DNA of 59,537 nucleotides from Parafilimonas sp. (lineage in GTDB: Bacteria > Bacteroidota > Bacteroidia > Chitinophagales > Chitinophagaceae), in contig DASZUY010000238.1 of NCBI GenBank assembly GCA_035547495.1, positions 1-59,537 of the forward strand, read 5' to 3'. A program made the translations under genes and the position numbers. Below the pieces are notes generated by a model, which searched no databases, was not told the DNA's origin, and saw nothing but the letters and a program-made list of their open reading frames with translations. This document shows positions 49,122 through 58,438 of the stretch, in pieces. Within the stretch, counting starts at the first letter, position 1; the number at the start of each line of letters is the position of its first letter.

Positions 49122-50465
49122 TTAAAACTGAAGAATAAAAGCGGTGCCTTCATTGGCTGCACTTTGTACATGTATATTTCCTTTGTGCAGCATCATAATT
49201 TGTTTGCATAAGCTTAAGCCAATACCGCTTCCGCTTTTTTTAGTACTGAAAAAGGGAATAAAAATTTTATCAAGCACTTCATCTTCTATGCCGCTTCCAT
49301 TATCAATTACTTTAATGGCAACACGACCATTTGCAGACTGACTCGCTGTTAAAATTATTTTTGGATTTTCTGATTCCTTAACTGCTTCAATAGCATTAAG
49401 CAATAAGTTTATTAATACTTGCTCAATTAAATTTATATCGGCTTCTAATTGCAACTCCGGTTCTTTTAAAATTATTTCGAGGTCGATATTTTTTTGATCG
49501 AGCGTTGGCAACATTAATCGTTGCTGTGTTTTAAAAAGATCTTTTACATAAAACTTTTGAAGGTTGGGCGCAGAGATCATATTAAGGTTGCGATATGTTT
49601 GCGCAAACTTTAGCAAGCCTTCGCTTCTTCGCTTAATTGTTTCCATTCCTAAAGAAAGATCTTCCAATGTGCCGCTTTCATCATCTACCAATTCCTGTGA
49701 ATTTTGCAAACGGTTTTTTAATGTATCTGCCAGTGAAGAAATAGGCGCAACGGAGTTCATAATTTCATGCGTCATTACACGCAACAGTTTCTGCCATGCT
49801 TTACTTTCTGTTTCATCCAATGCCTCATTTACATTTTGAAAAGCGATTAACTTATATTTTTTTCCTTCTGTTTGAAATGCTGTTGCAGCAACAAGAATTT
49901 TAAGCGTGTTTCGCTCAATGTGAATATCACTTATTAAACTTTCGCCCGGTCTGAGGTTAACAATCACAGCACAAAGCGAAGGATCTCTTCTATCTAATGA
50001 TTGAATAGTTCTTAAAAAAGGAATCTTCAGCAAACGCTTTAGCGATTCATTCATCCAAACAATATTCCCTGTTTCAATTTCATAAGAAAGAATACCGGTA
50101 TCAACTAATTCCAAAATTTTTTGCAGGTATTGATATTGCGTTTCTTTTTCAATACTTATTACTTTAAATGTTGAATTGATTTCATTAAAGCCCTGGCGCA
50201 AACCCTGTAATTCTGCAGGTGCATGCTTTACATCAAAGTATCTTGAAAAATCTCTGTAGTGTATACTTTCTACAAACTGCGTTACTTCATCCTGTGCCTT
50301 TTTTAAAAATTCATACAAATTAAAACATTGGTAAATGGCAACAGCGATCACCAAAACACCAAACAAAATTTGCCCATAAAAAATAAGATAGCTTGCAGCA
50401 AAGATTTCTATTGCAAGAAGCAAGATGCGAATCGAAAGCCGGCTGCCCGGTTGTTTATATATCAT
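49122..50465 (-). CDS. NtrY-like sensor histidine kinase
   Basis: HEIMNS H-box, NLLLNA, DNGSG, FFSTK.SGSGIGL. Confidence 0.93.
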   Translation of the reverse strand: MIYKQPGSRLSIRILLLAIEIFAASYLIFYGQILFGVLVIAVAIYQCFNLYEFLKKAQDEVTQFVESIHYRDFSRYFDVKHAPAELQGLRQGFNEINSTFKVISIEKETQYQYLQKILELVDTGILSYEIETGNIVWMNESLKRLLKIPFLRTIQSLDRRDPSLCAVIVNLRPGESLISDIHIERNTLKILVAATAFQTEGKKYKLIAFQNVNEALDETESKAWQKLLRVMTHEIMNSVAPISSLADTLKNRLQNSQELVDDESGTLEDLSLGMETIKRRSEGLLKFAQTYRNLNMISAPNLQKFYVKDLFKTQQRLMLPTLDQKNIDLEIILKEPELQLEADINLIEQVLINLLLNAIEAVKESENPKIILTASQSANGRVAIKVIDNGSGIEDEVLDKIFIPFFSTKKSGSGIGLSLCKQIMMLHKGNIHVQSAANEGTAFILQF

Positions 50466-51810
50466 ATTTGCTAAGTCTCCTGTACAACGCTGTTCTGGTT
50501 AACCCCAATTCTTTTGCGGCTTTACTAATATTTCCGTTATGTTTTTCTATCACGTGAAGAATAGTGTTTTTCTCGATGGTGCTCAACTTAAAATCATCCT
50601 GTTCATTTGAGTTGTATGTGGATTCAATAGGAGAGAACAGCAGATCTTTTTCTGAAAGCACATCATTATCACTCATAATAATTGCACGTTCCATAGTGTA
50701 TTGCAATTCGCGCACATTGCCCGGAAAAGAATACTTCATCAATTTATCCAATGCAGATTTATCTAATTCAATTAAAGGCTTTCTGTACTTGGCCGCATAT
50801 TGTTTTGCAAAATGTTTTGCAAGCAAGATTACATCATCTTTTCTTGAACGCAACGGCGGTAAAACAATTTCAACTGTGTTTATTCGATAGATCAAATCTT
50901 TTCTGAAACGATTTTCGTTTGCAAGTTCCTGCAAAGGCACATTAGTTGCACAAATTAATCTTATATCAACAGCTATTGGCTGATTTGTGCCTAAACGTGT
51001 TACCTGCCTGTTTTGTAAAACGCTTAATAATTTAGCTTGTTGTTGTAAAGTGATGTTGCCGATTTCATCTAAGAACAATGTACCGCCATTTGCCGCTTCA
51101 ATTCTTCCTACACGATCTTCTCTTGCATCAGTAAACGCCCCTTTTTTATGACCGAATAATTCGCTTTCAAAAAGTGTCTCTGTAAGCGCGCCAACATCTA
51201 CCTTAATAAAAGGCTCTTTTGCTCTTAATGATTTTTGATGAATGATTTTTGCGATGAGATCTTTACCGGTTCCGTTTTCACCGAGAATTAAAATATTTGC
51301 ATCGGTGGGCGCAATTTTTTCAATCTTATAAAAAATATTTTTCATTGCCTCACTTTCTGCAAGCAGTTCTGTGCCGCTTTCATTTTCTGTTTCTTTTTTT
51401 GAACCACCACTTTCCGCACGCTTATTTTTATGAATTATATCTTCAATGTTTGAAAGTAATTTTTCGTTGTGCCATGGCTTTAGCAAAAAATCTGAAGCGC
51501 CTTCTTTAAGTGAGCGCACCGCAAGATCAATATCACCATAGGCGGTTATCATAATTACGGGTACTGTATTATTTAGCTCTTTAATTCTTTTAAGCCAATA
51601 CAAGCCTTCGTTGCCTGTATTAATAGATGACTTAAAATTCATATCAAGCAAAACCATATCAAAATTTGTTTCTCTTAATAGTGAAGGCAAATTTTCCGGG
51701 TTCTTTTCTGTTACAACTTTTTTTACTTCTGTTTTTAATAATAATCGTACGGCAATTAAAACATCCGGATCGTCATCAATTACAAGAATGCTGGTATTTT
51801 TTAAACTCAT
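50455..51810 (-). CDS. Sigma-54-dependent NtrC-family response regulator
   Basis: Receiver domain, GENGTGKD, GAFTDA, LFLDEIG, FPGNVREL, Fis-type helix-turn-helix. Confidence 0.95.
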   Translation of the reverse strand: MSLKNTSILVIDDDPDVLIAVRLLLKTEVKKVVTEKNPENLPSLLRETNFDMVLLDMNFKSSINTGNEGLYWLKRIKELNNTVPVIMITAYGDIDLAVRSLKEGASDFLLKPWHNEKLLSNIEDIIHKNKRAESGGSKKETENESGTELLAESEAMKNIFYKIEKIAPTDANILILGENGTGKDLIAKIIHQKSLRAKEPFIKVDVGALTETLFESELFGHKKGAFTDAREDRVGRIEAANGGTLFLDEIGNITLQQQAKLLSVLQNRQVTRLGTNQPIAVDIRLICATNVPLQELANENRFRKDLIYRINTVEIVLPPLRSRKDDVILLAKHFAKQYAAKYRKPLIELDKSALDKLMKYSFPGNVRELQYTMERAIIMSDNDVLSEKDLLFSPIESTYNSNEQDDFKLSTIEKNTILHVIEKHNGNISKAAKELGLTRTALYRRLSKYDI

Positions 51811-51920
51811 GATTGCTAATTAAGATATTAATTTATTTTTTGTTCGTTAAAGTTCATTTGCTATACCATAAAGCTAAAATATTGGTTTTTAACCACTGTT
51901 TATTTCGATTGAAAAACTGC

Positions 51921-51959
51921 TGTATCAAAATCGAACACATTCTGTTCTACAAGCGTACA
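51921..51959. promoter_or_regulatory. Tandem TGT-N11-ACA candidate enhancer sites for the NtrC-type regulator
   Basis: TGTATCAAAATCGAACA (51921-51937) and TGTTCTACAAGCGTACA (51943-51959), 22 bp apart. Confidence 0.6.
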
Positions 51960-52012
51960 ACACCTTTAAGTGATAAGATTGTAAATGATTGTTTTTCAAC
52001 TGAAACTTAAAA

Positions 52013-52051
52013 TGGCACTTCGCTTTCTTTGACTATGGCACAAAGATTTTT
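52013..52051 (+). promoter_or_regulatory. Candidate sigma-54 promoter(s)
   Basis: TGGCAC at 52013 and 52036; the -12 elements are imperfect. Confidence 0.45.
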
Positions 52052-52240
52052 ATGCAGTCAGGATTTAAAAATAATTTGTTTGCTTTAAGATTGCTTTTAC
52101 TGGTAAATGCAGTTTTAATTTGCATGATCATCTTTTTACACAGACATTCACAACATTTTAATAGCAACGATGGTTCAAACCCCTGCACACATAGTTTAAA
52201 TGTTGATGCTGTGAATTCTATTACAATTAAATTAATGTAG
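52052..52240 (+). CDS. Possible small membrane protein leading the efflux operon
   Basis: ATG follows the TGGCAC boxes; one hydrophobic helix (LLLLVNAVLICMIIFL); the stop lies 17 nt before the adaptor gene. Confidence 0.4.
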   Translation: MQSGFKNNLFALRLLLLVNAVLICMIIFLHRHSQHFNSNDGSNPCTHSLNVDAVNSITIKLM

Positions 52241-52257
52241 CAAAAAATATAATTAAG

Positions 52258-53511
52258 GTGGATAGAGTAATTCAAAAGAAAAAATGGACAACTAAGAAAA
52301 TAGTAACAATAGCAGTTATTGCAGGAATTGTATTATTAATTGCAGGCAGTTATTATGCAACAACCGGACCTTCTAAATTAGGAGTAGAAACAGACCGCTT
52401 AACAATTAGTGAAGTAACAAAAGGTCCCTTCCAGGAAAACATTCCTGTAAATGGCACAGTGCTTCCTCAAACAAGTATTTATCTTGATGCGGTTGAAGGT
52501 GGCCGTGTAGAAGAAAGATATGTTGATGACGGAACTATAATGAAAAAAGGCGATCCTATTTTGCGTTTATCAAATACAGATCTGCTGATGAACATGATGA
52601 CTCAGCAAAACGGTGTATACAACACCTTAACACAAATGCAGATCAACCATAATGCTGCGCTGCAAAATACGGTTAGTAAAGAAAATGCGATGGCTGATGC
52701 AGAAAGCCAGTTTAAAGAAGCAGAACGTATTTATAATCTCGATAAAGATCTGTATGCAAAAAAAGCCATTGGCTCACAGGAATATCAGAAAGCTTTAAAT
52801 GACTACAACTACTATCAACAAAAGAAAAAACTATCTGAGCAAATTTTAGAACAAGACTCTGTTTCCAGGGCACAACAGGAAGCGCAGGATCAACAATCCT
52901 ATAAAGGCTCCCAGGAAGCATTGTCAATTATGCGCGAAAAAGTTGGCGACCTGATTGTTCGTGCTCCTGTTGATGGTCAGCTTACTTCTCTTGATGCAGA
53001 AGTTGGGCAGAATAAAAACAAGGGAGAACGTCTCGGTCAGATTGATGTTATGGGCGCTTATAAAGTACGCGTAGATATTGATCAGCATTACCTTTCAAGA
53101 ATATATACTGGTTTGCGAGGCACTTTCGATTTTGCCGACAGCACTTATATACTTGAGATAAAAAAAGTATATACACAAGTTACCGATGGGCGGTTTCAGG
53201 TTGATATGGAGTTTGTGGGTAAAGTACCACAAGGAATTCGCCGCGGTCAAACGTTACAGATCCTTTTAGCATTAAGCGATCAGAGAACAGCTATATTATT
53301 ACCCAAAGGTGGATTTTTTGAACAAACCGGCGGCAACTGGATATTTAAACTAAGTTCTGATGGCAAAAAAGCCTATAAAGTAAATATTCAGTTGGGCAAT
53401 ACAAATACGGATTATTATGAAGTTTTGCAGGGCTTGCAACCGGGTGATAAAGTAGTTACTTCAAGCTACGAGAATTATGGTGATATGCAGGAACTTGTTC
53501 TAAAAAAATAA
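52258..53511 (+). CDS. Efflux periplasmic adaptor (HlyD/MacA-like)
   Basis: N-terminal TM helix, EGGRVEE...KKGDPIL, coiled coil, VRAPVDGQL, GLQPGDKVV; GTG start. Confidence 0.92.
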   Translation: MDRVIQKKKWTTKKIVTIAVIAGIVLLIAGSYYATTGPSKLGVETDRLTISEVTKGPFQENIPVNGTVLPQTSIYLDAVEGGRVEERYVDDGTIMKKGDPILRLSNTDLLMNMMTQQNGVYNTLTQMQINHNAALQNTVSKENAMADAESQFKEAERIYNLDKDLYAKKAIGSQEYQKALNDYNYYQQKKKLSEQILEQDSVSRAQQEAQDQQSYKGSQEALSIMREKVGDLIVRAPVDGQLTSLDAEVGQNKNKGERLGQIDVMGAYKVRVDIDQHYLSRIYTGLRGTFDFADSTYILEIKKVYTQVTDGRFQVDMEFVGKVPQGIRRGQTLQILLALSDQRTAILLPKGGFFEQTGGNWIFKLSSDGKKAYKVNIQLGNTNTDYYEVLQGLQPGDKVVTSSYENYGDMQELVLKK

Positions 53512-53545
53512 AACACATTTCAATAAAAACAACAAATAAACCAAT

Positions 53546-54223
53546 ATGATAAAGATTACAGATCTCGAAAAGGTTTATCGCACAGAAGAAGTAGAAACTG
53601 TTGCGCTCAACAAATTAACGTTCGAAGTTAAAACCGGAGAATTTGTTGCAGTAATGGGACCTTCAGGCTGCGGAAAATCTACACTGCTTAATATTTTGGG
53701 AATGCTTGATGATCCCGATGATGGCAGCTTTATTTTTAACGGAATTGAAGTTGCACACTTTAATGAACGCAAACGTGCTGACATTAGAAAAAACAACATT
53801 GGTTTCGTATTTCAAAGTTTTAATTTGATTGATGAGCTTACCGTTTTCGAAAACGTTGAGCTGCCATTAATTTATACCGGCGTAAAAGCTGCTGACAGAA
53901 AAAAGCGTGTAGAAGAAGTGCTGGATAAAGTGCAGATAATGCATCGCCGCAATCACTATCCACAACAACTTTCAGGTGGTCAGCAACAACGTGTTGCTGT
54001 TGCGAGAGCTGTTGTAAATCATCCAAAATTAATTCTTGCCGATGAACCTACCGGTAATCTTGATAGCAGCAATGGTAATGAAGTAATGCAACTGCTTACA
54101 GAGTTAAATGAACAAGGTACAACTATCGTAATGGTTACACACAGTGAACATGATGCACGCTACAGTCATCGTATTATTCGCATGCTGGATGGACAAACTG
54201 TTACTGAGAACATTTTGATTTAA
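53546..54223 (+). CDS. ABC transporter ATP-binding protein (MacB/LolD-like)
   Basis: GPSGCGKST, LSGGQQQRVA, ILADEPTGNLD, MVTH. Confidence 0.95.
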   Translation: MIKITDLEKVYRTEEVETVALNKLTFEVKTGEFVAVMGPSGCGKSTLLNILGMLDDPDDGSFIFNGIEVAHFNERKRADIRKNNIGFVFQSFNLIDELTVFENVELPLIYTGVKAADRKKRVEEVLDKVQIMHRRNHYPQQLSGGQQQRVAVARAVVNHPKLILADEPTGNLDSSNGNEVMQLLTELNEQGTTIVMVTHSEHDARYSHRIIRMLDGQTVTENILI

Positions 54224-54262
54224 TTTATTTTCATCATCTTGGTCTTATTTGACGAGAAGTGT

Positions 54263-54292
54263 AAAGAGGTGAGAATTTATTCTCGCCTCTTT
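54263..54292. terminator. Hairpin terminator between convergent operons
   Basis: AAAGAGGTGAGAAT-TT-ATTCTCGCCTCTTT. Confidence 0.75.
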
Positions 54293-54299
54293 CATTTAA

Positions 54300-55034
54300 T
54301 TAAATTCCCAAAATTTCTTTCAATTTTGCATAACCTGCTTTGCTAACCGGCAGCTTTGCACCTGTGCTTAATAATAAAATGTGGCTGTCTTTTTCATAGG
54401 CATCAATGCGTGTTATTAATTGCGTGTTTACAATGTAAGAACGATGCACACGCACAAAATGAAATGAGCGCAATGAATCTTCAAAAAAGCTCATTGTTTT
54501 TTTCTTGAGAAAAGAACCTTCAGGTATAAAAATTTTTACATAATCATCTGCAGCTTCCAGGTATTGAATTTGCGAGACCGGAATTATTTTGATCTTGCTT
54601 CCATCTTTTACAACAACCCGGTTTTGTTGAATGGGAGATTGCGCTGCACTTTCCAAAACAGCTTCCGTTTTTTCGGGAGAAGTTTTTTGCTGGCTGATAT
54701 ATTTCTGCATCGCTTTATCAAACCTTTCTTTGCTAAAAGGCTTTAATAAATAATCAACAGCGTTCGATTCAAAAGCTTTAATAGCATATTCATCAAATGC
54801 AGTTGTGAAAATTACCTGCGGAGGATTTTCAATCAGCTCCAGCATTTCGAAGCCATTGATTTTTGGCATTTGTATATCAAGAAAAATAAGATCAGGTTCA
54901 TGTTGCTGAATGGCTTTTAACCCTTCAAATCCATCATTGCATTCTGAAATAATTTTTACCTCAGAATAATTAGCCAGGTATTCTTTTACAATACTTCTTG
55001 CCAAAGGTTCATCATCAATAATTATAACATTCAT
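54300..55034 (-). CDS. LytTR-family response regulator
   Basis: DDEPLAR, FLDIQMP, DYLLKP, FVRVHRSYIVN. Confidence 0.95.
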   Translation of the reverse strand: MNVIIIDDEPLARSIVKEYLANYSEVKIISECNDGFEGLKAIQQHEPDLIFLDIQMPKINGFEMLELIENPPQVIFTTAFDEYAIKAFESNAVDYLLKPFSKERFDKAMQKYISQQKTSPEKTEAVLESAAQSPIQQNRVVVKDGSKIKIIPVSQIQYLEAADDYVKIFIPEGSFLKKKTMSFFEDSLRSFHFVRVHRSYIVNTQLITRIDAYEKDSHILLLSTGAKLPVSKAGYAKLKEILGI

Positions 55035-55055
55035 CTGATTTTTTTTAAACCTTGA

Positions 55056-56084
55056 TTAACTTTTTTGCGGAATAAGAATAGTTGTTATAAAACGATTATC
55101 CTGTTTATCTGTTTGCAATAAATCTTGCCGCGCAAATAATAAAAATAATCTTCGCTGAATGGATGCAAGTCCGAAACCCGTTCCTTTTAACGGCTGGGAT
55201 GTTTCCGGGTCAAAAGGATTTTCTACAATCACCTGCAAACTATTATCTATCTTTTTTGCTTCTACTTTAATCAGCACTTCGCCTGTTGTATCATATAATC
55301 CAAACTTAATCGCATTTTCAACTACAGGCTGTAACAACATTGCCGGCAATTGTAAAGGCAATGCATTCTCATCACAAAAAATATCTGTTTGTAACCTGTA
55401 ACCAAATCTTACTTTTTCTATTTCAAGATAAAGTTGCAGGTATTGCATTTCTTCTTCTAAACTATTCCATTGCTTCTCATCTTTTTTTAAAGTGCCTCGT
55501 AAAAACTCACTCAACTGAAAGATCATGTGCCGTGCTTTTTCAGGTTGTGTGCCTGTTAATGCACTTATAGAATTTAAACTATTGAATAAAAAATGCGGCT
55601 GCAGTTGTTGTCTTAATTTATATAGCTCAGCATCTTTTGCCATTTGTTTTGCTTCTTCTGTATGTTCATTCATACGTTTCTGTTCCTCCTGGTTATACCA
55701 TAATAAACTCATCATGCAAATACAACTCACCAATAAAAAACCAATACCAAAACGAACGCCATTAGACTGATGTAATGACTGCAGAAATAATGTGTCGTTC
55801 TTCATAATAACATCAAGCAAAAATTTTGAAAGCAGAGAACAAATGCCGCTTATACCAAGGCCTACAAAAAGCACGTACCAATATTTTTCTCTTTGCGGCA
55901 GATAATACTGCATCGTTCTTACCATGAGTATGCACACGCTGCCAAGCAATCCAAAACTTACAAATGTATCTACGAAAATTTCTCTTGCATTAAATGAAGA
56001 CTGCTCTAAAACATAAGCATGAATTAAGCTTACAATAATCCACCAGCTTATATTAAGCCATAATAATTTTTTTGCCGGGCTCAC
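55056..56084 (-). CDS. LytS/YehU-type membrane histidine kinase
   Basis: Four TM segments, QLQPHFLFNSLNSI, YLEIEKVRF, LQPVVENAIK. Confidence 0.93.
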   Translation of the reverse strand: MSPAKKLLWLNISWWIIVSLIHAYVLEQSSFNAREIFVDTFVSFGLLGSVCILMVRTMQYYLPQREKYWYVLFVGLGISGICSLLSKFLLDVIMKNDTLFLQSLHQSNGVRFGIGFLLVSCICMMSLLWYNQEEQKRMNEHTEEAKQMAKDAELYKLRQQLQPHFLFNSLNSISALTGTQPEKARHMIFQLSEFLRGTLKKDEKQWNSLEEEMQYLQLYLEIEKVRFGYRLQTDIFCDENALPLQLPAMLLQPVVENAIKFGLYDTTGEVLIKVEAKKIDNSLQVIVENPFDPETSQPLKGTGFGLASIQRRLFLLFARQDLLQTDKQDNRFITTILIPQKS

Positions 56085-56098
56085 CTGCGTTTAAGATA

Positions 56099-56458
56099 TT
56101 AATTTAATTCTACCGTTGAATGCATAAAGTTTTGCTGTAAATGTGCTGCACGTAACAAAACAAGTTTTGTATAAACATCAGCATTATCATCTTCTGATAT
56201 GCGCGAATAAATTTCAACGCCGTCATTCAGATCATTTAATTCATGAACTTCCGAAACGTCAATAAATTTCCAGTGAACAGGTTTGTCGGCAGCATTTAAA
56301 AAATTATCCTGTTCACGTTCGCCAAACAATCTTGCTTTATAAAAAGCATGCAAATCATCTTCGGCACTTATTAATCGCAGTTGTTCATCAAATTGAGCAG
56401 TGTGTTTTCCATCGCCACAAATAATCCTATACACCAATTTTGCAAGATACCATTTCAT
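56099..56458 (-). CDS. DUF4288-like protein
   Basis: MKWYLAK, FDEQLRLI.A, W.FIDV pattern. Confidence 0.7.
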   Translation of the reverse strand: MKWYLAKLVYRIICGDGKHTAQFDEQLRLISAEDDLHAFYKARLFGEREQDNFLNAADKPVHWKFIDVSEVHELNDLNDGVEIYSRISEDDNADVYTKLVLLRAAHLQQNFMHSTVELN

Positions 56459-56553
56459 AACAGGTTATTTAAGTGAATAATTTTTGTTCAGATGTATAAC
56501 TGAGTTGATCACGTTTTGTAATCAACTGAAACATTTGTTTTTGGACAATAGTT

Positions 56554-57363
56554 TTAAAAATTTTTGATCTCAATTCCACCAAACACACAAGTACCTCTTA
56601 GTATAAGCGATTTTGAAACATCAGGAGTTGGCAGGTTAATGTTGCGCTTATCTTCAACACCACCAAACACTGCGGTAACTTCATTTTTTATATCCCAGTT
56701 TGAAGGAATAATAATTTTTGTACCGCCAAATACATTATTCACTTCAAGTGTTACCGGTTGTTTTACGTCTGCCTGTTGCAGATTTATTTCTGCGCCACCC
56801 ATAAAAGTGTTTATTTCTCCGCCTCTGAAATTTTTTGACAGCACAATTTTTTTCACACCGCCAAATACTGCATTTATCTCAACAAATTCTGAACTGTCTC
56901 TTACATCGGCAGGTACAGGTTCAGGTTGAACATATTCCGGCTGCGTATAATGTTCCCATTTATAATCTTTCCATTTTTCCCACTTCTTTCTTGAAACCGG
57001 AACGCGTGGTCTTAAGATAAATCCAAGACCGATTATAATAAGAACACCCGGCCAAATAAAATCATGCACGTTTACACTGGGTATAACATCTGTTAGTAAA
57101 AAAGCTGCGCCCACTAACATCATTATAAATCCGCCGGCATTTTTAAAATTACTTCTTACCAAAATAAATAATCCGATAACAATTAAAAGCATATGCCAGC
57201 TTAATATCCAGTCTGGAATATATGCTCCTAATTTTTGAGCAATCAATACACCGCCTATGCCAATTAATATTAACCCGCTCCAAATGCGATTATGACGGTG
57301 ATGCCGGTGTATGAACTCGTCATTTACATTTTGGCGGTTATTTTTTATATCGTCATTTTCCAT
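56554..57363 (-). CDS. LiaF-like cell-envelope stress membrane protein (4 TM + DUF2154-like domain)
   Basis: GLILIGIG, WHMLLI, WPGVLI and repeated (A/N)VFGG. The start MENDD (57363) is supported by a TATTTTTG box at 57388-57395 (minus strand). Confidence 0.85.
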   Translation of the reverse strand: MENDDIKNNRQNVNDEFIHRHHRHNRIWSGLILIGIGGVLIAQKLGAYIPDWILSWHMLLIVIGLFILVRSNFKNAGGFIMMLVGAAFLLTDVIPSVNVHDFIWPGVLIIIGLGFILRPRVPVSRKKWEKWKDYKWEHYTQPEYVQPEPVPADVRDSSEFVEINAVFGGVKKIVLSKNFRGGEINTFMGGAEINLQQADVKQPVTLEVNNVFGGTKIIIPSNWDIKNEVTAVFGGVEDKRNINLPTPDVSKSLILRGTCVFGGIEIKNF

Positions 57364-57423
57364 TTTCTTATTTATACTTTGATCACACAAAAATATACCT
57401 GCTTTTTGCATATTAAAAGCATA

Positions 57424-57474
57424 AGTAGGTTTTACAAATTGAATAGTAGGTAAAAGATATAAAGCTGTCGGTGA
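57424..57474. promoter_or_regulatory. Three direct repeats at 21-bp spacing, candidate LytTR boxes
   Basis: AGTAGGT (57424), AGTAGGT (57445) and TGTCGGT (57466), upstream of the LiaF-LytS-LytTR operon promoter. Confidence 0.65.
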
Positions 57475-57565
57475 ATGCTTATGTGGAACTTGGATATTTA
57501 CAGTAAAAAACTTTTACAAGCGTGGTTTAACCCTAAGAATTGAAATAATCAGTCTAAAATTCTGG

Positions 57566-58378
57566 TTATACACTCACATTAAAATCTCTCAGTGCGTCAT
57601 TTAAACTTGTTTTAAGATTTGTACTTGCTTTGCGTTTGCCAATAATTAAAGCACAGCTTACACCAAAAGAACCAGCGGGAAAATCTTTGTTGTATGTGCC
57701 GGGAATTACAACGCTTCCGGCAGGCACACGGCCTTTATATTCGATAGGTGAAGATTTTGTAACATCAATAATTTTTGTTGATTGAGTGAGTACAACATTG
57801 GCGCCAAGCACTGCTTCTTTTTCAACAATTACACCTTCAACAACAATGCTTCGGCTACCGATAAAACAACCATCTTCAATAATCACGGGGCTTGCCTGCA
57901 AAGGTTCCAACACACCACCAATACCAACGCCGCCGCTTAAATGAACATGCTTTCCTATTTGTGCGCAACTGCCAACAGTTGCCCATGTGTCAACCATTGT
58001 ACCTTCATCAACATAAGCACCAATGTTTATAAAGCTTGGCATTTGCACAACAGTCTTTGCAATGTATGCGCCATAACGCGCGATAGCACCAGGCAACGCA
58101 CGCACACCTAACGCTGCAAAATTTTTTTTCAGTTCAATGCGATCATAAAATTCAAACGGCGGCATGCTCCATGTTTGCATTGGCTGAACACCAAAATATA
58201 AAAGAATCGCCTGCTTCACCCATTCATTTACTTTCCATTCATTATCGAATGGCTCTGCTGTGCGCAGTCTTCCCTTATCAACTTCTTCAATAACTGCTTT
58301 AACTGCGTTTGAATATTTCTCTTCTTTCAAAAGTTCGCGATTGTTCCATGCTTCAAGAATCAGCGATTGGAATTCCAT
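57566..58378 (-). CDS. dapD: 2,3,4,5-tetrahydropyridine-2,6-dicarboxylate N-succinyltransferase
   Basis: VNEWVKQAILLYF, NIGAYVDEGTMVDTWATVGSCAQIG, GGVLEPLQA. The start MEFQ (58378) is supported by a TATGTTTG box at 58394-58401 (minus strand). Confidence 0.96.
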   Translation of the reverse strand: MEFQSLILEAWNNRELLKEEKYSNAVKAVIEEVDKGRLRTAEPFDNEWKVNEWVKQAILLYFGVQPMQTWSMPPFEFYDRIELKKNFAALGVRALPGAIARYGAYIAKTVVQMPSFINIGAYVDEGTMVDTWATVGSCAQIGKHVHLSGGVGIGGVLEPLQASPVIIEDGCFIGSRSIVVEGVIVEKEAVLGANVVLTQSTKIIDVTKSSPIEYKGRVPAGSVVIPGTYNKDFPAGSFGVSCALIIGKRKASTNLKTSLNDALRDFNVSV

Positions 58379-58438
58379 GTACAAAAATTTTTGCAAACAT
58401 AAGCAGTAAAGAAGTGAACAGATAACTTTGCGCAATTC

